Positions 52,501-64,000 of a stretch of DNA of 64,000 bases are shown piece by piece. Position numbers and translations under genes: made by a program. A model generated the notes under the pieces. That model was given only the letters and a program-made list of their open reading frames with translations. It had not been told where the DNA came from and ran no database searches. The stretch comes from Mobula hypostoma (lineage: Eukaryota): assembly GCF_963921235.1 (NCBI RefSeq), contig NC_086097.1:183956001-184020000 (forward strand). The letters run 5' to 3'. Positions within the stretch are counted from its first letter, which is position 1. The number at the start of each line of letters is the position of its first letter.

Positions 52501-53965
52501 AAAATATAAGAGGATCCCAAAAGCTTTTCCAGATCTAAAGAGTAAAACAGAGATGAGAGCAGATATCAGACTGCTGGAACATGACACTGGAAAGGTAGTA
52601 GCGGAGGCAAACAAATGGTGGACAAATATTTTAATAAGCATTTTGCATCAGTCTTCACTGTGGAAGACACCAGCTGAATACTAGAAAATCAAGAGTATCG
52701 GGGGCAGAAGCGAGTGTTGTTGCTGTTACTAAGAAGAAGGTGTTTGGGAAGCTGAAAGATCTGAAGGTAGATAAGTCACCTGGACCAGATGGACTACACC
52801 CCAGGGTTCTGCAAGAGGTAACTTAAGAGATTGGGGAGCTATTAGTAATGATCTTTCAAGTATCATTAGGTTCTGGAATGGTTTTGGAGGACTGAAAATT
52901 GCAAATGTCACTCCATTCTTTAAGAAGAAGAAGAAGAGACAGAAGAAATGAAGTTATAGGCCAGTTAGCCCAACTTCAGCTTTGGGAAGACGTTGGAGTG
53001 CATTATTAGGTATGAGGTTTGGGGGTACTTGGAGGCACATGATAAAATAGACCAAAGTCAGTATGTTTTCATTAGGGGGAAATCTTGCCTTATAAGTTTG
53101 TTGGAATTATTTGAGGAAAAATGTTAGGCTAGACAAAGGAGAAACAGTGGAGTATATTTAGTTGCTTTTTTCCCGGAAGGACTTTGACATGGTGCTGCAC
53201 ATGAGGCTGCTTAGCCAGGTGAGAGCACATGGTATTACAGAAAGTTACAAACATGGATATAAGATTGGCTGACTGTCAGGAGGCAAAGTTTGGGAATAAA
53301 AGGGACCTTTTCATGTTGGCTGCCCATGACTAGTGGTGTTCAGTAGGGATCAGTGTTGGCACAGCTTCTTTTTACATTATATGTCAATGGTTTAGGTGAA
53401 GCAATTGATGGCTTTGTGGGCAAGTTTGCAGATGGTACGAATATAAGTGGAGGGGTAATTAGTTTTGTGGAAGCAGAGAGTCTGCAGAAGGACTTAGACA
53501 GGTTGAGAAAATGGGCAACGAGGGGGTAACTGGAATACCGTATAGGGAAGGGTCTGGTCCTGCACTTTAGCAGAAGGAATAAAGATATAGACTATTTTCT
53601 AAATGGGGACACAATTCAAAAATTAGATGTGCAAGGGAATTGGGAGTCCTTGTGCAGGATTCCTGAGGATAAACTTGTAGGTTGAGTCAGTGGTGAGAAA
53701 GGCTAATGAAGGATAAGCATTCATTTGGAGAGGACAAGAATGTGAAAACAAGGATGTAACATTAAGGCTTTATAATGCATTAGCCAAATTACATTTAGAC
53801 TATAGTGAGCAGTTTTGGGTTCCTTCTCTAAGAAAAGATGTGTAGGCATCAGAGACAGTCCGGAGGAAGTTAGTGAGAATGATTGAGGGAATGAAAGGGT
53901 TAACATATGAGGAGCATTTCATGACTCTGGGAGTTTAGAAGAATGAGGAGGGATCTCATTGGAGG
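49540..53965 (+). mobile_element. Decayed CR1 array (ORF1 esterase, two successive endonuclease regions, RT)
   Basis: ORF 49618..49872 (CLIGARARDV, VHICTND) and 50276..50677 (YFNACNIRNK, VGITESWL); the EN region repeats after 51715; RT remnants run to ~53960; an inverted CR1 tail is inserted at ~49925-50105. Confidence 0.85.
51225..51709. mobile_element. Mariner-type MITE with long TIRs and TA TSD
   Basis: TA|cgaggagtgattgataagttcatggcctaaggtagaaggagtcaattttagaaaacctag ... ctaggttttctaaaattgactccttctaccttaggtcacgaacgtatcaatcacccctcg|TA. Confidence 0.92.
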
Positions 53966-55414
53966 TCTATGAGCTAGTCCTCGTTGGAGGATCTGTGGTG
54001 GAGAGGGCCATCAAATTTAAGTAGGTTGGTGTCATTACGTCAAACAATCTGCTCTGGGTGCAGTACGTAAGTGCCGTTACAAAGGAGCATGGCAGCATCT
54101 CTGTTTTCGTAGAAGTTTGTGAAAATTCAGCACCTTATCTCAAACTTTGCCAAACTTCTATAGATGTGTGGTGTGGTGGAGAGTATATTTACTGATTGCA
54201 TCATGGCCTCCGCTCCCGCACCAGCAGGCACAGGAAGAGCTTCTTCCCCGAGGCTGTGACCCTGCTGAATTTTACATCACAGCGCTAAGCAGTGTTGCAC
54301 CCATATTGTACTGTCTCAGTACTTTAATATTTGTGTGCTGTAGCACTTAGTTTTTATTCGCAGTTATTTTGTAAATAACACTATTCTTTGCATTTCTGGT
54401 TAGATACTAACTGCATTCCATTGGGTTTGTATCTGTACTCGGTACAATGACAATAAAGTTGATTCTAATCTAATCTAATCTAATCTAATCTAATGGCCTG
54501 GCATGGAAACATCAATGCCCTTGAATGGAAAAGCCTACAAAGAGTAGTGAATAGGGCCCAGACCCTCACGGTTAAAGCCCTCCCCACCAGTGAGCATATC
54601 TACACAGAGCGTGTCACTGAAAAACAGCATCCATCATCAAGAACTCTACCACCCACGTCATGCTGTCTTCTTTCTGCTGGCATCAGGAAGAAGGTACAGG
54701 AGCTTCAGGACTCACACTACCAGGTTCAGGAACAGTTATTACCTCTCAACCATCAGGCTATTGAACCAGAGGGATAACTTCACTCAACTTCACATACCCC
54801 ATCACTGAACTGTTCCCACTTTCTATAGACTCACGTTTAAGGACTCTCCATCACACTTTCTTGATAGTTATTTCTCATTATTTATTATTAGTATTTCTTT
54901 TTTTTCTTTCTTTTTGTATTGGCACAGTTTTTTGACTTTTGCACATTCGTTGCAGTTTATTGTCTTTCTTGTATTTATTGTGAATGCCTGCAAAAATGGA
55001 TCTCAGGTTTGTATATACTTTGATACTATACCTACTTTGAAGCCTATCGAAGTTGTGGATGTGGCGGGAATGTTTTCTACAGTGGGGATTTGGAACAGAG
55101 ATGAGGAGGAATTTCTTTAGCCAGAGGGCAGTGAATCTGTGTCACAGATGGCTGTGGAGGCCAAGTCATTGAGTATATTTAAAGAGGAGGCTGATGAAAG
55201 GTTACAGGAAGAAAGCAGGAGAGTGGGGTTAAGGGGGATATGATGGAATGGTGGAACAGAATTGATGGGCTGAATGGCCAAATTCTGCTCCTATGTCTTA
55301 TGGTCTTTGGAGTACTGGTGCCTGGAACTGTGAAACAACATCCTCAGAAAGGGTGAAGGAATTAAGTATGCAATAAGTTTCACTGAAATTATTCAACTGT
55401 TATTAGGCATAATT
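53572..55414 (+). repeat. Local segmental duplication, copy 1 (CR1 + nested Rex fragments + (ctaat)n + CR1 tail + unique flank)
   Basis: Matches 59482-61318; identical or nearly identical ORF pairs 54147/60052, 54493/60398, 54590/60495 and 54914/60818. Confidence 0.95.
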
Positions 55415-55562
55415 TGACTTTGATAGGATTCTATGTTTCTATGTTAAATATACCCAATGACCTGGCCTCCACAGCTGCCTTTGGTAACCAATTCCACAAA
55501 TTCACCACTCTCTGGCTGACTAAAGAAATTTATCTGCATCTCTGCTTTAAATGGATGTCCGT

Positions 55563-55788
55563 CTATCCTGAGGTTGTGCTCTCTTGTCCTAGATTCCCCC
55601 ACTGTCCTACTTTCCAGAGGCTGTGCCCTTTTCAACTAGAGTCCCTCACTGTCCCTCTATCCTGAGGCTGTGCCATGTTCTACCAGACTTCCCCACCAAA
55701 GCTCCATCCCAAGGCTACGCCCTCCTGTCCTAGACTTCCCCACCATTCCTCTATCCCAAGGCTGTGCCCTCTTGTCCTGGACTCCCCC
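55563..55788. repeat. ~47-bp minisatellite (5 units) derived from a minus-strand CR1 fragment starting at ~55430
   Basis: The unit ctatcc(t/c)(g/a)aggctgtgccctcttgtcctagactccccca... recurs at ~55563, 55609, 55657, 55704 and 55751. Confidence 0.85.
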
Positions 55789-55894
55789 TGAATGTAGTTC
55801 TTCAGTTTTGCCAGAAATAAAAGGACAATGGTGTGGTTAGTATAAGGAATAGCATCAAAGAACACCCATAATCAATGTGAATAATTAAAACCAT

Positions 55895-56140
55895 GTGAAT
55901 GTTAAAACCGAGGCTGAAAACTCTCTCCAATACATAATTTCAGTAATGCTTTTTTTAGAATCAGCCACTCTGGGTCTCTCCAATTCCATCCCCAAATTTT
56001 ACCTGGTTAACTAATCAATATCTCAATGGTGTTAATTAGACCTTACAAATCACCTGCCACATTTCTTTATTTTGAAACTGTGACTATACTTGAAAAGTAC
56101 TTCATTCAAGTTAAAGTGTGTTGGACATGCAAATCTTCCT
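55895..56140 (+). mobile_element. Decayed DeuSINE-like element
   Basis: gttaaaaccgaggc and gtgactatacttgaaaagtacttcatt resemble the Deu domain and tail. Confidence 0.5.
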
Positions 56141-56842
56141 TTCACAAATTTTCAGAAACTTCAGTGAAAAAAAAATCACTTCCATTAATTAATGTCTCAC
56201 TTTCCCCCCCCCTTACTTTTCCATCATAATTCCAGTAACTAAGTACGTCACCTCTTGCACAGTAGGAAATGCCAGCACTGCAGATAATTATTGTTCAGGA
56301 TTCCCACATAGATATGGAAGTTCCAAACCTGTGGGTAATACTTCACTGGTGATTCTTCAGCTTATACTGAAGTTGCAGCAAATCTGTTGCTCACTGGGGA
56401 TCTATCAGCTGACCCCAAGGCAGACCAGAACTGATGGAGAGAAAATCCATTTATTTGACTGGAAATATGCAGCTATGAAGGTAATTAGTATTTTTTTGAG
56501 TAACTAATTTTAGTTAACTATCAGGTTCTGTTGGGTTTCGGTGGGACTCAAGTGCAGACCAATGAATACCATTTCACCAGGATTATTAGGGAGCACAAAG
56601 GCAACAGTCTTTCAAAAACAGAAGGCAGGCACGAATCCAAATGGCAGGAAGAGGTCTTACCAGGAAAGGCAGTCAGGCGAGGGCAGACAATCCAGCACAC
56701 ACAGGCAAAAATCAGGTCCAAGAGCAGGCAGAGTCCAAAACACAGAATCAGGCAAAATCGGTTGGCAGAAGTCACAATGACAAGCTGGAAGGACACAGGT
56801 CAGAACTGGGACAAACTGGCAGAGGATGTCTGTCTGTATCTG

Positions 56843-58668
56843 CTCCAGAATGTGCACTAGACATACATTCTAAATCCCTTCACCCAAATATATATATTTA
56901 TTCACCATATTCTATTAAAAAACCCCTGTACCCCTTAAAACCACTAAAAATACCTGGACTTGTGCTCTCTCACCCATTCCCAGCAACCCTTTTAATGTGA
57001 ATTCCTGCATCCCCAACTCCCTTAATTTATTTCTCATCATCTCTCTCTGTATCCCATACTTCCTGCAACACAAAATTACATGTTCCACTGACTCCTCTTC
57101 CTGACATTGCTCACACAATCCTGTCTGGTGTTTCCCTATCATTTTCAAAGTTTTGTTTAATGCACAGTGCCCCAGCCTTAACCTAGTCCACACAGTCTCC
57201 TCTCTTCTGTATCCACTACCTACCCTAGTACCTGCAACACACTTTTGTATTTGATATAAATGCCTCCCTTTCCCCTCCCTGTCCCATCTTTCTTGCCACA
57301 TTCGGTTGACTTTTTCCCAGATTACACACTTAACCTCTGCTTTACTGATACTAATGTGCATTTCCACATTTTCTTTCTTTAACACCCTCTTTGCCAACTC
57401 ATCCACCCTCTCATTCCCCTTCACCCCTATATGTGCTGGAACCCATAGAAATTTTAACTGACCTCCCTGATTTGCAATTCTTGTAACTAACTGAAGGACT
57501 TCATAAAGTACATCTTGCCGACTGTTTGTGTGAAAAGACCTTAAACCTGCTAGAACTGAGGATGAATCTGAACATATCAATGCTTTGGCTTGTCTGGCTT
57601 TCTGCACCCATTGCAACGCAACCAACACTGCCAGCATCTCCACTGTAAACACCCCTAACTTATTAGATGTTCTTCTGCTGATTCCAATTTCTTTTGCTGG
57701 TATTACCACCCCAAACCCTGTCACTCCTGTTTCAGGTTCCTTCGCACCATCCATATAAATGTGAGTATAATCACTATACTTTTCCATCACATGACAGTTA
57801 AATGCATTTACCAAATCTGTTTTATATCTTTCTTTCCTTTTTACCTCTAACAAATGCCAGTCTATGTCAGGCCATACAAGCTTCCATGGAGCTACAACCG
57901 GATAAACTACTGAAGGACTTATCCTCAGATCAAACACTCCACATTCTTTCGCGATATCATTCCCTACCCGACTAAAGGTATCCCTCTGAAACCTCCCATT
58001 TTCCCAGCACTCCTGCAACACTCCTTTAGTAGGGTGAGAATCTTTGTGCCCCTGCAAGTTAGCCCAGTAGTTTGCCATCAGTTGCATTCTTCTTAGTTCC
58101 AAAGGCCTTATTCCCATTTCTACCTGTAGTGCTGACACTGGTGACGTTTTAAAAGCCCCACTGCACACTCTCAAGGCCTGAGCCTGAATCATATCCAGTT
58201 TCCTTATAAGAGACCTAGCTGCTGATCCATATACTATTTTTCCATAATCCAATACAGATCTTACTAAAGCCACATACATTCTCTTCAAAGCTGAACAACT
58301 TGCTCCCCATTCCCTACCAGTCAAACATCTCATCACATGTATTATTTTTTTACATTTCTCCTCAACTTTCCTGATATGGTCTGCCCATGTTAATCGTGAA
58401 TCAAATATAACTCCCAGAAATTTAAATGATGCAACCCTTTCTAATTCAACCCCATACATTCTTAACTTCTTCCCTACCTCAACCCTTTTCCTGGTAAAAA
58501 ATACAGTTTGAGTTTTATCTACTGAAAATCTACATCCCCAATCATAACCCCACTCAACCACTTCATCAATTGCTTCTTGTAGTTTCTTGATTATATGGTC
58601 CATGTTCCTGCCTCTTTTCCACAAGGCCCCATCATCCGCAAACAGTGACCTACCTATATCCACTGGTG
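56843..58668 (-). mobile_element. Nimb/I-clade LINE, 5'-truncated, young
   Basis: Uninterrupted ORF with RT end, RNase H and CCHC; short 3' UTR remnant. Confidence 0.92.
56915..58668 (-). CDS. Nimb/I-clade ORF2 C-terminal half: RT (FADD), RNase H, CCHC knuckle (partial)
   Basis: SLFADDGALW, FKFLGVIFD, IYMDGAK, TVEMLA, ICSDS, WVPAHIGVKGNERVDELAK, RLRLGH, CEQCQEEESVEHVILCC. The annotated ATG at 58684 lies in the adjoining CR1. Confidence 0.88.
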
Positions 58669-59338
58669 CATGGTATGCTGGCATTCATAGCAAGAGGATT
58701 CGAGTACAGGAGCAGGGAGGTACTACTGCAGTTGTACAAGGCCTTGGTGAGACCACACCTGGAGTATTGTGTGTAGTTTTGGTCCCCTAATCTGAGGAAA
58801 GACATCTTTGCCATAGAGGGAGTACAAAGAAGGTTCACCAGATTGATTCCTGGGATGGCAGGACTTTCATATGATGAAAGACTGGATGAACTAGGCTTAT
58901 ACTTGTTGGAATTTAGAAGATTGAGGGGGGATCTGATTGAAACGTATAAAATCCTAAAGGGATTGGACAGGCTAGATGCAGGAAGATTGTTCCCGATGTT
59001 GGGGAAGTCCAGAACGAGGGGTCACAGTTTGAGGATAAAGGGGAAGCCTTTTAGGACCGAGATTAGGAAAAACCTCTTCATGCAGAGTGGTGAATCTCTG
59101 GAATTCTCTGCCACAGGAAACATTTGAGGCCAGTTCATTGGCTATATTTAAGAGGGAGTTAGATATGGCCCTTGTGACTAAAGGGACCAGGGGATATGGA
59201 GGGAAGGCAGGTGCAGGGTTCTGAGTTGGATGATCAGCCATGATCATACTGAATGGCGGTGCAGGCTCGAAGGGCCGAATGGCCTACTCCTGCACCTATT
59301 TTCTATGTTTCTATGTTTTTTCTATGTTTTTTCTATGT
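58669..59338 (+). mobile_element. Young CR1 3' end
   Basis: ORF 58843..59127; 3' tail gaagggccgaatggcctactcctgcacctatt followed by (ttctatgt)n. Confidence 0.93.
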
Positions 59339-59481
59339 TAAATTAGGAGAGCCAGAAGGGGCCATGAGAAGGCCTTGATGAGGATTTAGGAAAACCCCCA
59401 AGGCATTCTACAAGCATGTGAAGAGCAAGAGGATAAGATGTGAGAGAACAGGACCAATCAAGTGTGACAGTGGAAAAGTGT

Positions 59482-61318
59482 AGAAGGAATAAAGATATAG
59501 GCTATTTTCTAAATGGGGACAATTCAAAAATCAGATGTGCAAGGGACTTGGAAGTCCTTATGCAGGATTCCCTGAAGATAAACTTGAAGGTTGAGTCAGT
59601 GGTGAGGAAGGCAAATGAAGTATTAGCACTCATTGAGGGGACTAGAATATAAAAACAAGTGATGTAACATTAGGGCTTTATGATGCATTAGCCAAATTAC
59701 ATTTTCTCTATTTCAAGCAATTTTGGGCCCCTTATCTAAAAGATGTGTAGGCATTGGACACAGTCCAGAGGAAGTTAGTGAGAATGATTGAGGGAATGAA
59801 AGGGTTAACATATGAGGAGCATTTCATGACTCTGGGAGTTTAGAAGAATGAGGAGGGATCTCATTGGAGGTCTATGAGCTAGTCCTCGTTGGAGGATCTG
59901 TGGTGGAGAGGGCCATCAAATTTAAGTAGGTTGGTGTCATTACGTCAAACAATCTGCTCTGGGTGCAGTACGCAAGTGCCGTTACAAAGGAGCGTGGCAG
60001 CATCTCTGTTTTCGTAGAAGTTTGTGAAAATTCAGCACCTTATCTCAAACTTTGCCAAACTTCTATAGATGTGTGGTGTGGTGGAGAGTATATTTACTGA
60101 TTGCATCATGGCCTCCGCTCCCGCACCAACAGGCACAGGAAGAGCTTCTTCCCCGAGGCTGTGACCCTGCTGAAATTTACATCACAGCGCTAAGCAGTGT
60201 TGCACCCATATTGTACTGTCTCAGTACTTTAATATTTGTGTGCTGTAGCACTTAGTTTTTATTCGCAGTTATTTTGTAAATAACACTATTCTTTGCATTT
60301 CTGGTTAGATACTAACTGCATTCCATTGGGTTTGTATCTGTACTCGGTACAATGACAATAAAGTTGATTCTAATCTAATCTAATCTAATCTAATCTAATG
60401 GCCTGGCATGGAAACATCAATGCCCTTGAATGGAAAAGCCTACAAAGAGTAGTGAATAGGGCCCAGACCCTCACGGTTAAAGCCCTCCCCACCAGTGAGC
60501 ATATCTACACAGAGCGTGTCACTGAAAAACAGCATCCATCATCAAGAACTCTACCACCCACGTCATGCTGTCTTCTTTCTGCTGGCATCAGGAAGAAGGT
60601 ACAGGAGCTTCAGGACTCACACTACCAGGTTCAGGAACAGTTATTACCTCTCAACCATCAGGCTATTGAACCAGAGGGATAACTTCACTCAACTTCACAT
60701 ACCCCATCACTGAACTGTTCCCACTTTCTATAGACTCACGTTTAAGGACTCTCCATCACACTTTCTTGATAGTTATTTCTCATTATTTATTATTAGTATT
60801 TCTTTTTTTCTTTCTTTTTGTATTGGCACAGTTTTTTGACTTTTGCACATTCGTTGCAGTTTATTGTCTTTCTTGTATTTATTGTGAATGCCTGCAAAAA
60901 TGGATCTCAGGTTTGTATATACTTTGATACTATACCTACTTTGAAGCCTATCGAAGTTGTGGATGTGGCGGGAATGTTTTCTACAGTGGGGATTTGGAAC
61001 AGAGATGAGGAGGAATTTCTTTAGCCAGAGGGCAGTGAATCTGTGTCACAGATGGCTGTGGAGGCCAAGTCATTGAGTATATTTAAAGCAGAGGCTGATG
61101 AAAGGTTACAGGAAGAAAGCAGGAGAGTGGGGTTAAGGGGGATATGATGGAATGCTGGAGCAGAATTGATGGGCTGAATGGCCAAATTCTGCTCCTATGT
61201 CTTATGGTCTTTGGAGTACTGGTGCCTGGAACTGTGAAACAACATCCTCAGAAAGGGTGAAGGAATTAAGTATGCAATAAGTTTCACTGAAATTGTTCAA
61301 CTGTTATTAGACATAATT
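59482..61318 (+). repeat. Local segmental duplication, copy 2
   Basis: See copy 1; offset about 5.9 kb. Confidence 0.95.
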
Positions 61319-62150
61319 TTGTTTAATGGCTCACATCAGAGGCAGGGAATGGATGTGATTCTTTTTCTGACCTCCCACTTTCAAAGTAGGACAAATTAGA
61401 GATATTATGGGATACCCTCCACTTGTCTTGAAGATAGCCACATCAAAGCAGTTCAGTATTATCCAGAGGAATGCAGTCAACCTATCAATTCCACTCCTCA
61501 CAGCACCTGTGCAGTTATTCCAATGCATATTATTTATGAAATGTACTGTAACAATATACAGGCCATGGGTTTTTTCCAACATCTCAAATATAAAAGAACC
61601 AGCCAATCTTGTACCCCCAGCTAGGAGGACATTTGCTGGCACATACCACCTTCAGGTCAAGGCCATACACCATTAGTCTTGGACCATTATTACTGTTCTG
61701 TCACCATTGTTAAGTGGAATTTCTAAAACTTCTTATCTAACTGCGGTAAGGGAGTATCTTTATAACAGTCTGTGATGGCTCAAGTCAGGGTCCGTGTTGA
61801 GACCGCTTCTTTTCACATTATATGTTAATGATTTGGCTGATGGAATTGCTGGCTTTGTGGATGATGCAAAGCTAGGTGGGCAGATCGTTGCTTAGCACCA
61901 TCACCTTAGGAACACTTAAGAACATTGAGTAATTGAATGTCTTGCCACCAATGCATTTAGGAACAGAAACAAATGTCAGTATTAGCAGGCCCATATCCAT
62001 CAGCACAAATCCCATTTATCACCACTTAGTGCATACTTTTCCATGGCTTGGCGATTAAACTACTGGTCTAGATACTGCACTCCTTCAATGTACCTCCATC
62101 ATCCTCTCAGTTCCAGATTCCAGTCATCACCTGGGTGAAAAATATGGTAG

Positions 62151-62230
62151 CCAATTATTTGAAATAAGTTGGATGAAAAACCCATTTAAATAGATCGGGC
62201 TGCAGTACTGTATGTACAGATGATATAAAG
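62151..62230 (+). promoter_or_regulatory. Candidate Pol II promoter (CCAAT at 62151-62155, TATAAAG at 62224-62230)
   Basis: Canonical order and spacing upstream of a signal-peptide-like exon; motif-level evidence only. Confidence 0.4.
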
Positions 62231-62280
62231 CTGTTTGAGCTCCACTGAAGATGCCAAAACTTCACCGGTATCAGTGTGAG

Positions 62281-62352
62281 ATGGAGGTACAGCAGCATCT
62301 GATCTTCATCCTATTCTGTGTTTCTGTGACTTCTGTGTCTCAAACAGCAGAG
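62281..62352 (+). CDS. Candidate first coding exon of a secreted or membrane protein: MEVQQHLIFILFCVSVTSVSQTAE
   Basis: Kozak context gagATGG; hydrophobic core LIFILFCVSV followed by small polar residues; ends at the donor AG|GTGAGC (62353, phase 0); non-repetitive sequence. Confidence 0.5.
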
Positions 62353-62630
62353 GTGAGCTGACCAGTGTTGAGGAATTAGACAGCAGTTCTCTACAAAACC
62401 CTCAACCAGAGGAAAACATAATCCAGTCATTTTCCTTCAGCTATTTTACAACAAAAAACTCTTTAACTAGAACTATTGCATTAAAGTAATATATTGATAC
62501 ATGATTTTGATTCCACTCCCAAATTTAATTAATCACATTGAATATTCAATCAAATAACCAAATTCACGTTCTAATTTACTGAATCCACTTTACAAAATTA
62601 GTGTCCTCTCTATTAAGAGTAATCAAATCA

Positions 62631-63292
62631 GATGGTGGTGCGATGCAGCGCGCAGCGGCCACTCTGGTGAAATGATATCTGTTATCTGTCCAGTAGGGTG
62701 CCGTGCACAATCCTGATTTCATGGAGACAGACATGAGAACACAGAGGAACATCTGGAGAAACTTCTGAAATGCCTTTTTTGCTGCCGCTGTTACTGTGTG
62801 ATCCAGAATCTCCGGAGAAGGCCCTGAGTCCTCAGCTTTGCTTGTTGCTCAGTGGCCGGGACAGGGTCGAAGCGCTCAGCAGAGATGGTGCTCGGTGTCG
62901 GAGGGCTGGTCAGAGGCTCGAAGTTTTCGGACGGACTCAGAGTCGGCTGTGGTCGGGTGCTTCCAATGCACCGGCAGTTGTCGGCGCCTGGAGGTATATG
63001 GCAGGGAGAGTTTCTCCCGCCACCCGCTATCAGGACTATCGGGAGTCGATCGGAACGTTGAGACTTTTTTTTTACCGTGCCCATGGTCTGCTCTTTATCA
63101 AATTACGGTATTGCTTTGCACTGCTGTAACTACAAACGGTATATGTTATAATTATGTGGTCTTGTCAGTGTTAGTCTTTGGTTTGTCCTGATTTTTTTGT
63201 GATATCACTCTGGAGGAACATTGTATCACTTCTTAATGCATGTATTTCTAAATGACAATAAATGAGGACTGAGTGTCCTCATAATCTAATCA
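62631..63292 (+). mobile_element. Non-coding LINE-dependent element with a Rex/Babar-type 3' end
   Basis: CpG-rich body with no RT; ends gacaataaa-tgaggactgagtgtcctca-taatctaatc; taatcaaatc upstream may be a TSD or target. Confidence 0.7.
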
Positions 63293-63519
63293 TCCAACTG
63301 TAGCTGTTTATACATTTGTAGCATGCTTCACTAAATAGAGCCCTTTTTCAGCTATAGCAACATATTTTGAGCATTTTACTCTGCACTGGTACTGCTTATT
63401 TCCTTAAGAGTGGCCTTTGTATAGACAACTACAAACCAAGTGTACAACTACTGAAACTGGATGAGACCAAAAGACATGTTATAACTACATCAATTTAGCT
63501 CAGTTGCTAACATTTGAGA

Positions 63520-63880
63520 ACTGCAATTAGAAGGCATTAGTCAAAGCCCCACTCCAGCACTTGTGCTCATAGCATAGTTTAACTTTGCAATATTGGACTG
63601 TGGTCCTATTGAAAGTGCAGTTCTTCAGATAAGATATTAAAGCCAGGCACCACTTCACTTTCCTGTGGGTACAGGTGTATGCATTGACTGAGCAAGAACA
63701 ATAATTTCTCCTGGAGTCCTATCTCAACCAATAGCACAATTTCTGATTTTTCATGTCATTTGCTGTTTACTGAACATTGCTGCATCCCATTTGGCTGTTC
63801 TTTTTGCCCTCATATGTCACACTATATCTTAAAATGAAATTAATTGCCTGTAAAGCATTTAGAGATATCAAGCATGCATT
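63520..63880 (+). mobile_element. Decayed DeuSINE-like element (SacSINE1/AmnSINE1 superfamily)
   Basis: Ordered remnants ccccactccag...cagataagatattaaa...ctcaaccaa...tttgctgttt...ttggctg...ctgtaaagcattt resemble the DeuSINE consensus as I recall it. Confidence 0.55.
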
Positions 63881-63970
63881 TTCCATCTTCATTTTTGCTT
63901 AACAGCTAGCATTACTAAGTTCGGCCAGTTTTAAATTTGGCTATGAGACCTAGTTTTTGGTTCTACACCA

Positions 63971-64000
63971 GGCAGCGTAGTGTGGCGGTTAGCGGAACAC
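63971..64000 (+). mobile_element. Start of a tRNA-derived SINE (cut by the window end)
   Basis: ggcagcgtagtgtggcggttagc is an A-box-like head. Confidence 0.5.

Noticed and set aside
55563..55788. CRISPR-like array
   Set aside because: The units are contiguous CR1-derived repeats without unique spacers; no cas genes; eukaryotic context.
56520..56835. Gypsy-like solo LTR or short ORFs
   Set aside because: The composition resembles an LTR, but no TG...CA ends, TSD or partner copy could be shown.
62770..63191. ORFs of 69-119 aa as coding exons
   Set aside because: They lie within a GC-rich interspersed element with a LINE-type tail and show no domain.

Overview
Vertebrate intergenic or intronic DNA dominated by transposable elements. 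The repeat mix (many CR1 subfamilies, Rex1/Babar-type LINEs, Penelope elements, V-SINE and DeuSINE-like SINEs, a Tc1) suggests a cartilaginous fish, possibly a ray; this is an inference. Almost every ORF in the track is a transposon fragment or an antisense shadow of one. Main points: (1) a five-level nested LINE stack at ~2.3-12.7 kb; (2) a 1.4-kb fold-back Penelope insertion with a 14-bp TSD, a GIY-YIG endonuclease frame and a minimal hammerhead-ribozyme motif in each arm, plus a 160-bp Penelope hairpin of the same design; (3) two divergent HERO-like (restriction-like endonuclease) LINE ends sharing a structured 3' UTR; (4) a near full-length CR1; (5) an internally deleted Gypsy element with both LTRs and a tRNA-Leu PBS; (6) a palindromic mariner MITE; (7) a ~1.8-kb local duplication with a sharp change in identity; (8) a young Nimb/I-clade LINE with RNase H; (9) a candidate host-gene start near 62.2 kb (CCAAT, TATA, signal-peptide-like exon, splice donor) that the ORF track misses. 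I found no clearly new biological system; the ribozyme-bearing Penelope palindromes and the candidate secreted-protein gene are the best leads. Boundaries were read by eye and are approximate unless a TSD or TIR is given.
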